From Candidatus Latescibacterota bacterium (lineage in GTDB: Bacteria; Latescibacterota; UBA2968), in contig OZ240241.1 in assembly GCA_965198115.1 (NCBI GenBank), forward strand, positions 7,104,001 to 7,168,000: DNA of 64,000 bases, written 5' to 3'. Made by a program: the position numbers and the translations under genes. Positions 42,310 to 51,849 of the stretch are shown here, in pieces; within the stretch, counting starts at the first letter, position 1; every line of letters begins with the position of its first letter. Under the pieces are notes generated by a model. The model was given only the letters and a program-made list of their open reading frames with translations. It had not been told where the DNA came from and did no database searches.

Positions 42310-42577
42310 ATGAAAACCGATCAACATGTCTTATCGCGGCCACCGTTGCCGTCGCGCTTACGGTTCCGGTGCATGCGCAAGTCGATTGCGCGGACTGGAA
42401 TACCAGAACCTTTTTCGACGCTGCAAGAGGGTCTGACGTGACTCGTTGTTTGCAGGCGGGCGCGGACCCGAACGCGCGACCCGAAAACGGCAACACCCCG
42501 CTGCATATGGCGACGTTCGGGGATAGCCGAAATTGTGACGGCACTGCTGGATGCGGGAGTGGACCCGATGACGCGGA
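42310..42577 (+). pseudogene. Secreted ankyrin-repeat protein, frameshifted and truncated
   Basis: Signal-like N-terminus, DCADWNT..FF, CLQAGADPNAR...GNTPLHMA, VTALLDAGVDP. Confidence 0.75.
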
Positions 42578-43060
42578 ATGTTGGCCAAGCGCGACCCGGC
42601 CGATGCGCGACCCGAAGAGGAGTTGGATCATGCCGTCCGCCAGATCGTCTCCCGCGCGGTAGCCTCCGAAGACGTGATCGACATCTTCGCCGCCGCCGGC
42701 TTGGAGAAGCCCGATCTCTCGATCCTGTCCGAGGAGTTCCTTGCCGAGGTGCGGGGTATGCCGCAACGCAACCTGGCCGTCGAGCTGTTGCAAAAGCTCT
42801 TGAAAGGCGAGCTTGCCACCCGCCGCAAGAAAAACGTGGTGCAGGCGCGATCGTTCGCCCAGATGCTGGAGCAGACCCTCCGCCGCTATCAGAACCGCGC
42901 CGTCGAGGAGGTGATCGAGGAACTGATCCAGCTCGCCCGGGAATTGCGGGAGGCGAACGCCCGCGGCGAAAAGCTCAGACTAACGGAGGACGAGCTGGCC
43001 TTCTACGACGCGCTGGAGACCAATGACAGCGCCGTCCAGGTGCTGGGCGACGAAACTCTT
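42578..43060 (+). pseudogene. hsdR: C-terminal fragment of Type I restriction subunit HsdR (DUF3387-like)
   Basis: [46 protein letters not shown]. Confidence 0.85.
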
Positions 43061-43113
43061 CGAGAGAATATCAGTGAAGTAAGCAAATGGAACTCGCCAA
43101 GATTGCAGCGTGA

Positions 43114-43350
43114 ATGCGGAGAACGTATATGGACTCGATGACCGGGGAGGATCGAGAATCGTGGAGGAAGATCATGGTGGTAGTAGATTGCATAGATGAC
43201 CCTGCACCGTGTCCCAAGTGCGAGAAAAAAGCAATCAAGCAAACCTACCCGGTGCGACCAAGGCCCACCGCACCCGAGAACGGCGAAGACGTGTCTGATG
43301 CTTTAGGCCAAGTGTTCTGTGAAAGCTGTAACCAAACGTATAGCCCGTAG
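43114..43350 (+). CDS. Small CxxC...CxxC hypothetical protein
   Basis: CPKC...CESC; followed by a hairpin and T-run at about 43365-43407. Confidence 0.5.
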   Translation: MRRTYMDSMTGEDRESWRKIMVVVDCIDDPAPCPKCEKKAIKQTYPVRPRPTAPENGEDVSDALGQVFCESCNQTYSP

Positions 43351-43615
43351 GCGGACGATCGCAGAAAACCCGACTTCAAGTCGGATCAAAAAAGATCGGG
43401 CTTTTTAGATCGAGTTTCTCTATGCGAAGGAAGCAAAAGTTATTCGGAAGGCTTCAAAGAAGCGCTCCAGGCCAGATTGGTCACTGCATTCTGGGAGGTC
43501 AAATGGTCAGCCGAAGTTGGCTAGCGGTCCCCTCGATTGGTTTCACTGTTGCCGAAGGACTTCAAGCCCACCTCAACTCCCAGCTTCGTACGCAAGACAA
43601 AGCTCGGACACAACC

Positions 43616-46600
43616 GTGACGTACCTACACGCAATCCAGCGTCGTTACTATTGCGAAGACCTCGTACGCCTCCGTCGCGCCGACGACCGTCGGCGTCATG
43701 CCGCGTCTCAGCGTCGGGGTCGCATTGACCCGAACCCGCACCAGATCGATGCGGTGATGTTTGCGTTGCGCCGGATCCCCGAGGGTGGGTGCATCCTTGC
43801 CGACGAGGTCGGCCTCGGCAAGACTATCGAAGCCGGCTTGGTTATCGCGCAGCTTCTGGCCGAAGGTGCGATCCGCGTCCTGATCATCGTACCGCGCCCC
43901 CTACTGGGTCAATGGCAGAGCGAGCTTTACACCCTCTTTGGCATTGAGGCAATCGAGGCTGATACGGCCCCCAATGTGGAAGGTGCAGGCGTGTTCATTG
44001 CCGGCCGCGAGTATGCGGGCGGTAACCGAGGTTTCGCGCACCTAAGCACTACGCCTCCGTTCGATCTTTGCCTTATTGACGAAGCGCACGAGGTATTCGC
44101 CGGCATCTACAGGCGTTTCGACCGCTACGGGGCATACGAAGAGGATAGCCGTCACGCGAACACGGCCCATCGTGTAAGAAAAGTGATCGGAGCCTCGCCG
44201 GTCCTACTGCTGACTGCGACGCCAATACAGAACTCGTTAGCGGAGCTATGGGGGTTGGTGCAATACGTCGATCCGACCGGCACGCTACTGGGTTCAAGAT
44301 CGACATTCGAAGAACTTTTTTGCGAGGATAGCAATGGACGCAGTGTCGTCAGTGAGCAAGCAGTTGAGCTGCGTCGCCGATTGTCTAGCGTAGTGCAAAG
44401 GACGCTACGACGACAGGCACAGGAGTTCCTTGATAGGCCGTTCGTCGGCCGCCGTGCCCAGCTTTTCGAATACGGAATGAGTCCTGAAGAGCGTGCCCTC
44501 TATGATGACGTGACGGACTACCTTTTACGGCCTCAGCTGTGTGCGTTTCGGGGTCGGTCACGTCAGCTCTTGCTGCTGGGGTTCCATCGCCGCATGGCCT
44601 CATCTACGGCGGCACTTGCGCAGAGCCTTGAGCGTATTGCCGTACGGCTACGCCGAATGTTGCAGGGAGAATCTGAGACTGTCGCCAACGAGGAGGGCGA
44701 GGCGTTTCTGAGAGATCTCGAAGAAGAAGGAACACCCGAACAAACTGGAGATGCCCAGGCCGAATGGGTCGAGGTTCCGGGCGACGGATCCCCGCCGGAT
44801 CCAGGCGCCATACAGGCGGAGATCGACCTTGTGGAGACGTTCGTGCGCCGTGCGCGGTCCCTTCCCCACGATAGCAAGGCTGAAAGCCTAATTAGGGCCG
44901 TGCGCCTAGTTACCTCCCGTGATGAGGATCGACAAAAAGTCGTCATCTTCACGGAGTCACTCACAACACAAGATTACCTACGCAAACTGCTGGTCGAACA
45001 GGCCCGACTGCAAGACGAGGACATTACCCTTTTCCGCGGCACCAACGAATCACCCCGTGACATGCAAGCACTCTCCCAGTGGCGTGATGAGGTCGAGCGG
45101 GAGATTGCGCCTCATATGCGCCCCAGCTCTGACATCGCTGTCAGACTCGCCCTGGTCCACGAATTCCGTACTCGCACGAAAGTGATGATCTCTTCCGAAG
45201 CCGGCGCTAAGGGACTGAACCTACAATTCTGTGACACCCTGATTAATTACGATCTGCCCTGGAATCCACAGCGAATCGAGCAACGGATTGGACGTTGCCA
45301 CCGATATGGTCAGAGGCGAGATGTTACAGTTATCAACTTCCTCGCAAAAGACAATGAAGCGCAGCGTCTCACATTCGAAATCCTCAGCACCAAGCTCGAT
45401 CTGTTCGGGCAGGTGCTTGACAGCTCAGACGTAGTACTGCAAACGCCCCGCTCGGACTCTTCGGCGAGCTTGGCTTCGGCCCTTGGTCCCAACTTCGAAT
45501 CCGAACTTCGTCGGATTTGGGACCGAGCTCGTTCAGTGCAGGAGGTGGAAGAGGAGCTTCGGCAGCTACGCGACACAATGGAAGACCGCCGAATGGAGCT
45601 TGAACGGGTTCGCGAGCGGACCAATGGGCTGATCGAAACCGGTTTCGACGACTCCGTCAAAGACGTGTTCCGGAATATCCAATCCGAACTCCCGTCAACG
45701 CTTGCCGAACTTGACGGAGATCTCGAACGTGTTTTGACCGGGTATCTCGATGCGGTTGGCGTGTCCTGGGGGGTTGCGGACCGAGACGGGAAACGCATTG
45801 TCCACGTTGGTGCGTCGGCTCAATTTCCGGGTATGATGGCGGACGGCGGGTCGGTCACCCTCGGGCCAGCCCACGACCTAACTGACAATGAGTCGCTCCA
45901 CCCCTCGCACCCATTGATCGAAGCATCCGTGGCAGAAGCACGCGAAACGGGCGCAGGCACGTTCCACGTTCGGTTCCTGCTCAGCAACGATGCACCAGAG
46001 GCCCTGCGCAACCGCCGGGGAGACCGGGGACGGCTCGCATTGACTAAGGTGATGAGCCGTGGTTTCGAGCGGGAGGACCGGCTGATTGTAACGGTTATTT
46101 TCGAAAATGAGGAAGTGCTGCGTCCAGCAGAAGCGGCAGCCGAGTTACTAAAGCAGAGGTGCGAAGACGTCGACGAAATGACTCCGCCAGTAACTATCAG
46201 TCCGATCCACCTGGACGAGGTGGTGGACGAGGAGGTCTTTATAGATCAGTCAGCTGCTGGCGATGCTGAGCAGGAGACCTTCTGCAGAGCAATAGATCAG
46301 CTCGACCAGTACGTCGCCGACAGGGTTTTGGTTCTCAAACGAACACGCGAGAAACATCGCCGACGGTTAGTCGAGGCCGAACAACGCCGAGACGGAGCGC
46401 TTGGCCCGGATCGACGTGAGCGAGAGCAGATGCAAGTCAACTCAATTGAGCGTGTCCTGGATGATCTTGACTTACAAATAGACGCTTTGGAGTCACACCA
46501 GGACGTCGATTACGAGCGCTGGAAAGCTCACACTCTTGCTCGGAGATATACGCCTACACAGATTGAGCGTCTGTTACAGGCGGAGTTTTGCATTGAGTGA
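43616..46600 (+). CDS. SNF2-family helicase/ATPase with extended C-terminal region
   Basis: PHQ, LADEVGLGKT, IDEAH, LTATP, VIFTE, GLNLQ, YDLPWNP.RIEQRIGRCHRYGQ; GTG start at 43616. Confidence 0.93.
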   Translation: MTYLHAIQRRYYCEDLVRLRRADDRRRHAASQRRGRIDPNPHQIDAVMFALRRIPEGGCILADEVGLGKTIEAGLVIAQLLAEGAIRVLIIVPRPLLGQWQSELYTLFGIEAIEADTAPNVEGAGVFIAGREYAGGNRGFAHLSTTPPFDLCLIDEAHEVFAGIYRRFDRYGAYEEDSRHANTAHRVRKVIGASPVLLLTATPIQNSLAELWGLVQYVDPTGTLLGSRSTFEELFCEDSNGRSVVSEQAVELRRRLSSVVQRTLRRQAQEFLDRPFVGRRAQLFEYGMSPEERALYDDVTDYLLRPQLCAFRGRSRQLLLLGFHRRMASSTAALAQSLERIAVRLRRMLQGESETVANEEGEAFLRDLEEEGTPEQTGDAQAEWVEVPGDGSPPDPGAIQAEIDLVETFVRRARSLPHDSKAESLIRAVRLVTSRDEDRQKVVIFTESLTTQDYLRKLLVEQARLQDEDITLFRGTNESPRDMQALSQWRDEVEREIAPHMRPSSDIAVRLALVHEFRTRTKVMISSEAGAKGLNLQFCDTLINYDLPWNPQRIEQRIGRCHRYGQRRDVTVINFLAKDNEAQRLTFEILSTKLDLFGQVLDSSDVVLQTPRSDSSASLASALGPNFESELRRIWDRARSVQEVEEELRQLRDTMEDRRMELERVRERTNGLIETGFDDSVKDVFRNIQSELPSTLAELDGDLERVLTGYLDAVGVSWGVADRDGKRIVHVGASAQFPGMMADGGSVTLGPAHDLTDNESLHPSHPLIEASVAEARETGAGTFHVRFLLSNDAPEALRNRRGDRGRLALTKVMSRGFEREDRLIVTVIFENEEVLRPAEAAAELLKQRCEDVDEMTPPVTISPIHLDEVVDEEVFIDQSAAGDAEQETFCRAIDQLDQYVADRVLVLKRTREKHRRRLVEAEQRRDGALGPDRREREQMQVNSIERVLDDLDLQIDALESHQDVDYERWKAHTLARRYTPTQIERLLQAEFCIE

Positions 46601-46646
46601 CTGTTCAGACCAAGAGCAGCTGGACCGACAACTACAGGACAGCGAA

Positions 46647-47780
46647 ATGGCATTGACAGTTCTACACACTGCGGACTGGCATCTCGGGCGACGCTTCCCG
46701 TCGTTTCGGCCGGAACAAGAATTGCGTCTTACGCGGGCACGGCTAGAAGTTGTTGGACGCATCCTCGATCTCGCGCACAGCCGTAACGTCGATGCAGTTT
46801 TGGCTGCAGGAGACCTGTTCGATGAATCCTCACCACCCAAAGAATGGTGGGGCGGTCTCTTGAAGGAATTCCAGCGACGCGACTGGGCTCGCCCGGTAGT
46901 ACTACTCCCCGGTAACCACGACCCCCTGATGGCGCGCTCTGTTTACCACCCAGACCACCCATTCCGTGCTGGGCTGCCAGAATACGTTCACGTCGTTGAC
47001 GAAGAAGGCTTTACACTCGAGCTCGATGATCGTGCAGTCGTCATCGCGAACCCTTGCCGATCACACGCCGGACAAACCGACATTGCATCATCCCTGCCAG
47101 ACCGCGAACCCAACGAGAGCCGTTTCAGAATCGGACTTGTCCATGGACAGACCTTCGACATCGAGGGCTATCAAACCAACTTTCCCATCGCTAGCGGTAT
47201 CGCCGCAGAGCGAGGTCTCGATTACCTCGCAATCGGTGACACGCATGCCTTTCGGGATGTTGAGCCAGAGGCTACTGCCCCTACGATCTATCCTGGTGCG
47301 CCTGAGGCAACAAATTTCGGAGAGAACGAAACTGGCTCCGTGGCAATCGTATTCTTCCCGCTTGATCGGGCGCGGAGACCGATAGTTCGGCGGGAGCAAG
47401 TCGGAACTTGGGAATGGCGAGAAGTAATCTGCAGATCGATGTCGGATCTTCGTTCGCTCGCTGGGGCTAGCGACCTACGCAAGACAGTACTTCGACTTAA
47501 GCTCGAAATGGTGGTTCCGATGGAAGAATACGACGAGGCGGAACGCATCTTGATCGAGCTCCGCGGTTCCCTCGCTGCTAATCCACGGGTAGGGGTCCTG
47601 TCCGAGGATCGCAACGGGTTACATCTCGCCACGGACACGCCCATCGAGTTCGGTAAAGAGCTGCCAGCGGTACTTCAATCGACGATCTCGCGTCTGCAGG
47701 ATAGAAGCGAATCTAATCCTAAGGTAGCTGAACGAGCTCTGCATCATCTGTACCGCCTAGTCAAGGAAGCAGCGAGTTAA
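46647..47780 (+). CDS. Mre11/SbcD-like metallophosphoesterase nuclease
   Basis: HTADWHLG, AGDLFD, PGNHD, VHG, YLAIGDTH, YPGAPE; alternative TTG start at 46593 overlaps the SNF2 stop. Confidence 0.92.
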   Translation: MALTVLHTADWHLGRRFPSFRPEQELRLTRARLEVVGRILDLAHSRNVDAVLAAGDLFDESSPPKEWWGGLLKEFQRRDWARPVVLLPGNHDPLMARSVYHPDHPFRAGLPEYVHVVDEEGFTLELDDRAVVIANPCRSHAGQTDIASSLPDREPNESRFRIGLVHGQTFDIEGYQTNFPIASGIAAERGLDYLAIGDTHAFRDVEPEATAPTIYPGAPEATNFGENETGSVAIVFFPLDRARRPIVRREQVGTWEWREVICRSMSDLRSLAGASDLRKTVLRLKLEMVVPMEEYDEAERILIELRGSLAANPRVGVLSEDRNGLHLATDTPIEFGKELPAVLQSTISRLQDRSESNPKVAERALHHLYRLVKEAAS

Positions 47781-50700
47781 TGGCAATGTGGATCCAGAAA
47801 ATCGAAGTCACTGATCTTGCTGGTATAGCCAGCGCGAGCATCGACCTCGGGCCGGGCTTGAACATCCTCCACGGGCCAAACGAGATCGGTAAGTCGAACA
47901 TCGTGAAGGCGGTGCGTGCCTCACTGCTTCTGCCAGCGGGTTCAGTCGCAGCTGAATCGCTCCTCGATTGGAACACTGATGCGACGCCAAAGGTGTCTCT
48001 AACCTTTGAACAGGAGCCTCAACGCATTTGGCGCGTCCGGAAGAGCTATGGCAGCGGCCGCGATGCCTGGAGTTACCTCGAATTTTCCCGAGACGGACAC
48101 GACTTCACACAGGACAAAAGGGGCCGGGAGGTCGACGGTGCCCTTCAGGAAATTCTTAGGTGGGGAGTAGAGACACCTGGGGGTCGGGGTCGACGCAGAC
48201 GAGGTCTTCCAGAATCGTTCATAACCAAAGTCTTGATAGCCGATCAGAGCGACGTGGTAGCCATACTTAAGAAGAGCCTATCAGACGACGATGACGAATC
48301 AGGTCGACAGCGACTGACTGAGGCATTGCAGGCGATGGCCGAGGATCCGTTATTCAAGAGAATCATGTCGTCGGCTCAAGAGAAGGTAGACGAGGCGTTT
48401 ACCGGCACAGGTCGCCACAGATCTGGACGCGGGTCTCCTTGGGTCCGCGTACGAGACAAGCTTCAGGCCGCCCAACGACGAGAATCGGAGTTGAGGAGTC
48501 AACTTGAGGAAAGCGAAGGAACGCGACAGCGGGTCGATGAGCTACACCAGGAGCGGCTAACGGCACAAGCGCAAGAAGATAAGTGCAAGCAGGAACTGGA
48601 AGTCGCCGTCCGAGACATCGAGCGCAAGCGTGACCGCGAAGCCGCTATCGATGCACTCTCGGATGCCGAGAAGGAAATGGCTCGTATAGAGTCAGCTATG
48701 GGGGAATGCGAAACCAATGCGGCGGCCGTCGAGACAGCCCGTACCGAATTTACAGAAGCAGTGGAAGAGAGAGCTGAATCAGAGGGTGAGTTGTCCCAGT
48801 TGAAATCGAGCGTGGAAGAGGAGCGGATGCGAGTCTCTGAAATCGAGAGCGACGAGGCAGAGCAAAAGCGACGAATACGCGAGCAGGACGCACAGAACTC
48901 GCTCTTGCGGCTGGATGCAGAACATCAAGAATGTGAGAAGGCACGTCTTCAGGCAGAACGCGTCAAGGAATTAGCTGAGACGGCCGCCGTGCTAAGGGAG
49001 GAGATCGAATCGGAGGAAAAGATATCGGAGGAGACGAAGAAGCTGATCGAACAGACACAAGGCGTCCTCGATGCGGACAAGAAGGAGCTACAAGAATTCG
49101 ATCTGCAGCTAAGGTTCTGCAGATGGTCGGTCTCTGGTAAAAGGGTCGGATCCCTCAGAGGTCAATTCGAAGAATCGGCTGATAGCCACAAACGAGCTGA
49201 CGAGTTCTTGGCGAAAGCAGAGCGGAACCGAGACCAGGCTGACGCTGTGAGTACACCTGATGAGGACGATGTTGCAAAGCTGCGCAACATCGAGGCTGAT
49301 CTACGGGTGGCACAAGAAAGGTTGGCTGTCGGCCTCCTTGTATCGATGACACCTGAGAAGGATCTCCAAGTAAGCATAGAGATCGACGGTGAGTCTGTCG
49401 ACCATCGTCTAGTTGCAAGTGATACAACCGAGTTTGAGGCCGCCCGAGAGCTGCGCGTTGACATACCAGGATTCGGCGAGCTTCGTGTAATGGGGGGTAA
49501 CAAGGCCCTGGCTCGGGAAGTGCAGGAGGCGGAGGATCGGTGGGAGAAGGCCTGGGAGCCTATCATTGTGTCCACGGGTTGCCGAACGATCCCCGATCTC
49601 GAGATGCTCTTGCAGAGATGCAGAGAGCAGCTCTCAGAGGCGCAGGCTTTTGAACAGGAAGCCGCAATGTTGCAGGTCAAAGCAGGAAGCGTGGACGATC
49701 TCGAGCGCCAGGTTACCCTTGCCGAGGAGGAGGAGGCTCGGGCCAAAGATGATCTTGCCGTCGGGATTAAGGAATCGATCATCGATGGGCGTAGCCATCT
49801 GACTGCGGACGAGTACGTGGATAGCCTCAGGGAGAATCCCCCAGACATACGAAACGTTGAGGAAGCGATTGAAACTGTCGAGTCAAAGGTGAGCGAGCAG
49901 GAGCTGCTGTGCCATAAACTCGATTCAGGAATGTCTGGAAAGCGCGCCCGGCTTGAAGCTCAGCGTGAAGAACTCAACGAGAGAGAGAAGGAACTCGACC
50001 GTGAGAAGGGCAAGTTGAGTGGCGAGTGGCAGACCATACTGAGGTCATCCACCGAGGATCTTGAAAGAATCCAGAGAGACCGCATTAAAATCGACGATGA
50101 CCTCAAAGCAATCAACAAGGAAGCTGCCACTGATGTCGAGGAGGCACGTTCGTCGCTAGCAGCAGCTAAAGAGGAAATGACGAAAGCGGAGAAGGCCCTA
50201 TCGGAGGCCAATGAGGAGATCGACCGATGCCGAAGTGAACTTGCGCGACTCGAGGGCGAACTCACCATCCAGCGCAAGGCAGTCGAAACCGAAGATCACG
50301 AAGGTGCGAAGTCCCTTACCGACGAATGTGCGGCTCGCCTGGATTCCCTTCCGGAACCAGAAAACGAAGAGGTCGATGACGCCCTCCGGGTTAAGATGGA
50401 GGAGACCGCCGCACGAGCGTCGCGAAAGACCCAGGAACTCGAGAACGAACTCCGGCGTGTTGAGGGAGCTCTCGAACAGATCGGTGGAAGCTACATTGAG
50501 GAACAGGTGAATCAATCGCAAGAGGCGATCGAGGCCGTAAGACAGCAAGAGCTTGACCTCGAACTCGAATTCGGTGCTTGGCAACTATTGCGGGAGACAT
50601 TGGCTGAGGCCGAGCAGCAGGATTCGGTGCATTTGGGCAACGCTCTCGTTGAACCAGTCAGCGCACGAATGAGCACGCTGACTGGCGGGCGTTACGGGGA

Positions 50701-51034
50701 CATTGCGATCGGACCTCAGATGGACGCAACTGGCATCCACCTCGCAGGAAGCGAGCGTCAATTCGATAGCCTATCAGTCGGGACGCAAGAACAGGTCGCG
50801 CTTATGCTTCGGCTCTCAATTGCCGAAGCACTTGGAACCTTCCTAATCCTCGACGACCAGGCCACCCAGTCCGATCCTCAGCGGATGGAATGGATCCGGG
50901 ATGTGCTCGAGAGAGCTGCAGAAGAGATTCAGGTGGTGGTCATGACGTGTCATCAGGAAGATTATGTGGGTGAAGGACTACCTGTAGACTCACACGTTGT
51001 GGACCTGGCTGACTGTGTGGAGCGGACACCGTAG
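47780..51034 (+). CDS. Rad50/SbcC-like (YhaN-type) coiled-coil ABC ATPase
   Basis: Walker A GPNEIGKS, long coiled coils with a central beta-rich insert, signature LSVGTQEQ, Walker B LILDD, H-loop MTCH; TAATG overlap with the nuclease. Confidence 0.92.
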   Translation: MAMWIQKIEVTDLAGIASASIDLGPGLNILHGPNEIGKSNIVKAVRASLLLPAGSVAAESLLDWNTDATPKVSLTFEQEPQRIWRVRKSYGSGRDAWSYLEFSRDGHDFTQDKRGREVDGALQEILRWGVETPGGRGRRRRGLPESFITKVLIADQSDVVAILKKSLSDDDDESGRQRLTEALQAMAEDPLFKRIMSSAQEKVDEAFTGTGRHRSGRGSPWVRVRDKLQAAQRRESELRSQLEESEGTRQRVDELHQERLTAQAQEDKCKQELEVAVRDIERKRDREAAIDALSDAEKEMARIESAMGECETNAAAVETARTEFTEAVEERAESEGELSQLKSSVEEERMRVSEIESDEAEQKRRIREQDAQNSLLRLDAEHQECEKARLQAERVKELAETAAVLREEIESEEKISEETKKLIEQTQGVLDADKKELQEFDLQLRFCRWSVSGKRVGSLRGQFEESADSHKRADEFLAKAERNRDQADAVSTPDEDDVAKLRNIEADLRVAQERLAVGLLVSMTPEKDLQVSIEIDGESVDHRLVASDTTEFEAARELRVDIPGFGELRVMGGNKALAREVQEAEDRWEKAWEPIIVSTGCRTIPDLEMLLQRCREQLSEAQAFEQEAAMLQVKAGSVDDLERQVTLAEEEEARAKDDLAVGIKESIIDGRSHLTADEYVDSLRENPPDIRNVEEAIETVESKVSEQELLCHKLDSGMSGKRARLEAQREELNEREKELDREKGKLSGEWQTILRSSTEDLERIQRDRIKIDDDLKAINKEAATDVEEARSSLAAAKEEMTKAEKALSEANEEIDRCRSELARLEGELTIQRKAVETEDHEGAKSLTDECAARLDSLPEPENEEVDDALRVKMEETAARASRKTQELENELRRVEGALEQIGGSYIEEQVNQSQEAIEAVRQQELDLELEFGAWQLLRETLAEAEQQDSVHLGNALVEPVSARMSTLTGGRYGDIAIGPQMDATGIHLAGSERQFDSLSVGTQEQVALMLRLSIAEALGTFLILDDQATQSDPQRMEWIRDVLERAAEEIQVVVMTCHQEDYVGEGLPVDSHVVDLADCVERTP

Positions 51035-51068
51035 TGCAGAACGGTAGGCCCTGCCATAACTACCCCGT

Positions 51069-51113
51069 GGTAAGCCCCCGGCTCTGCCGGGGAGACTCCC
51101 AGAGTTTGACAGT
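51069..51113. mobile_element. Hairpin resembling an IS200/IS605 end (no transposase); may double as terminator
   Basis: GTAAGCCCCCGG-CTCTG-CCGGGGAGACTCCCAGAGTTTGACAGTT. Confidence 0.5.
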
Positions 51114-51154
51114 TCGAGAAATATGTAAGAGCGGCGCGTTCTCCGGGCGAATTA

Positions 51155-51355
51155 GTGAAGGGCGAGACATTCGAGGCCGTCCTTCTCGTCCTAAAGAGTA
51201 AGGGTATAGGGCCTTTCTACCGGACGATGTTGGGCGAGGGGAAGAGCGCAGCAGACCACGAAGAACTACGCATTGCATATTTTGGGTTTACTAGGCCCAG
51301 AAAGATCCTGTGCCTAGCTGTTTCTACTGAGGCTGATAGCGAGGGCTTGGGTTGA
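51155..51355 (+). pseudogene. C-terminal fragment of a UvrD-like SF1 helicase
   Basis: KGETFEAVLL (motif V-like) and EELRIAYFGFTRPRK (motif VI-like). Confidence 0.65.
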
Positions 51356-51849
51356 ACGAATGAATCTGGACGCGGCGTACGCCGTCTAGGTCACTCTTGT
51401 AGGGTAGGGGTAATACTGCCTTGGAATACTTCCTTTTGCTGTGGGTCCTTCCCTCCGGAATAGCTGCCTGGATTGCGAATTCGAAAGGGCGCAGCGGGAC
51501 AGGAATCTTCTTCCTGTCGATGGTTGCGACGCCGTTGATCGGTCTCATTGTCGCTGCGGCTCTCAGTCCAGCGGTGGTCGGTGCCCGGGATCATCGACGA
51601 CGCCACCTGGCAAAAGGCACAGCCTGCGGCCAAGGACGGCAAGAAGTCGCAAGGCACCCGCACCGACGCGACCGAGTATCTGTTGGCAAGCTTCTTCGTT
51701 GCGGAGTCTGTCACGAAGAGGACCGAGGATACCGAGGGGGTGGACGGGGGATGTATGGCCAACGGTCGAACCTGATCGATGGCCGGCTCTACTGCAACGC
51801 CAGATTCGATCAGTTCGGAAAGAGGTGCAGCGCGCCCAGCCAAAAAATA

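Noticed and set aside
43616-46600. DISARM or Zorya assignment for the SNF2 gene
   Set aside because: No DrmA/B/C, cognate methylase or ZorA/B membrane genes adjacent
51155-51355. UvrD piece as a fourth gene of the SNF2 operon or an intact Gabija GajB
   Set aside because: Only the last two helicase motifs remain, separated from the operon by a hairpin; no GajA partner
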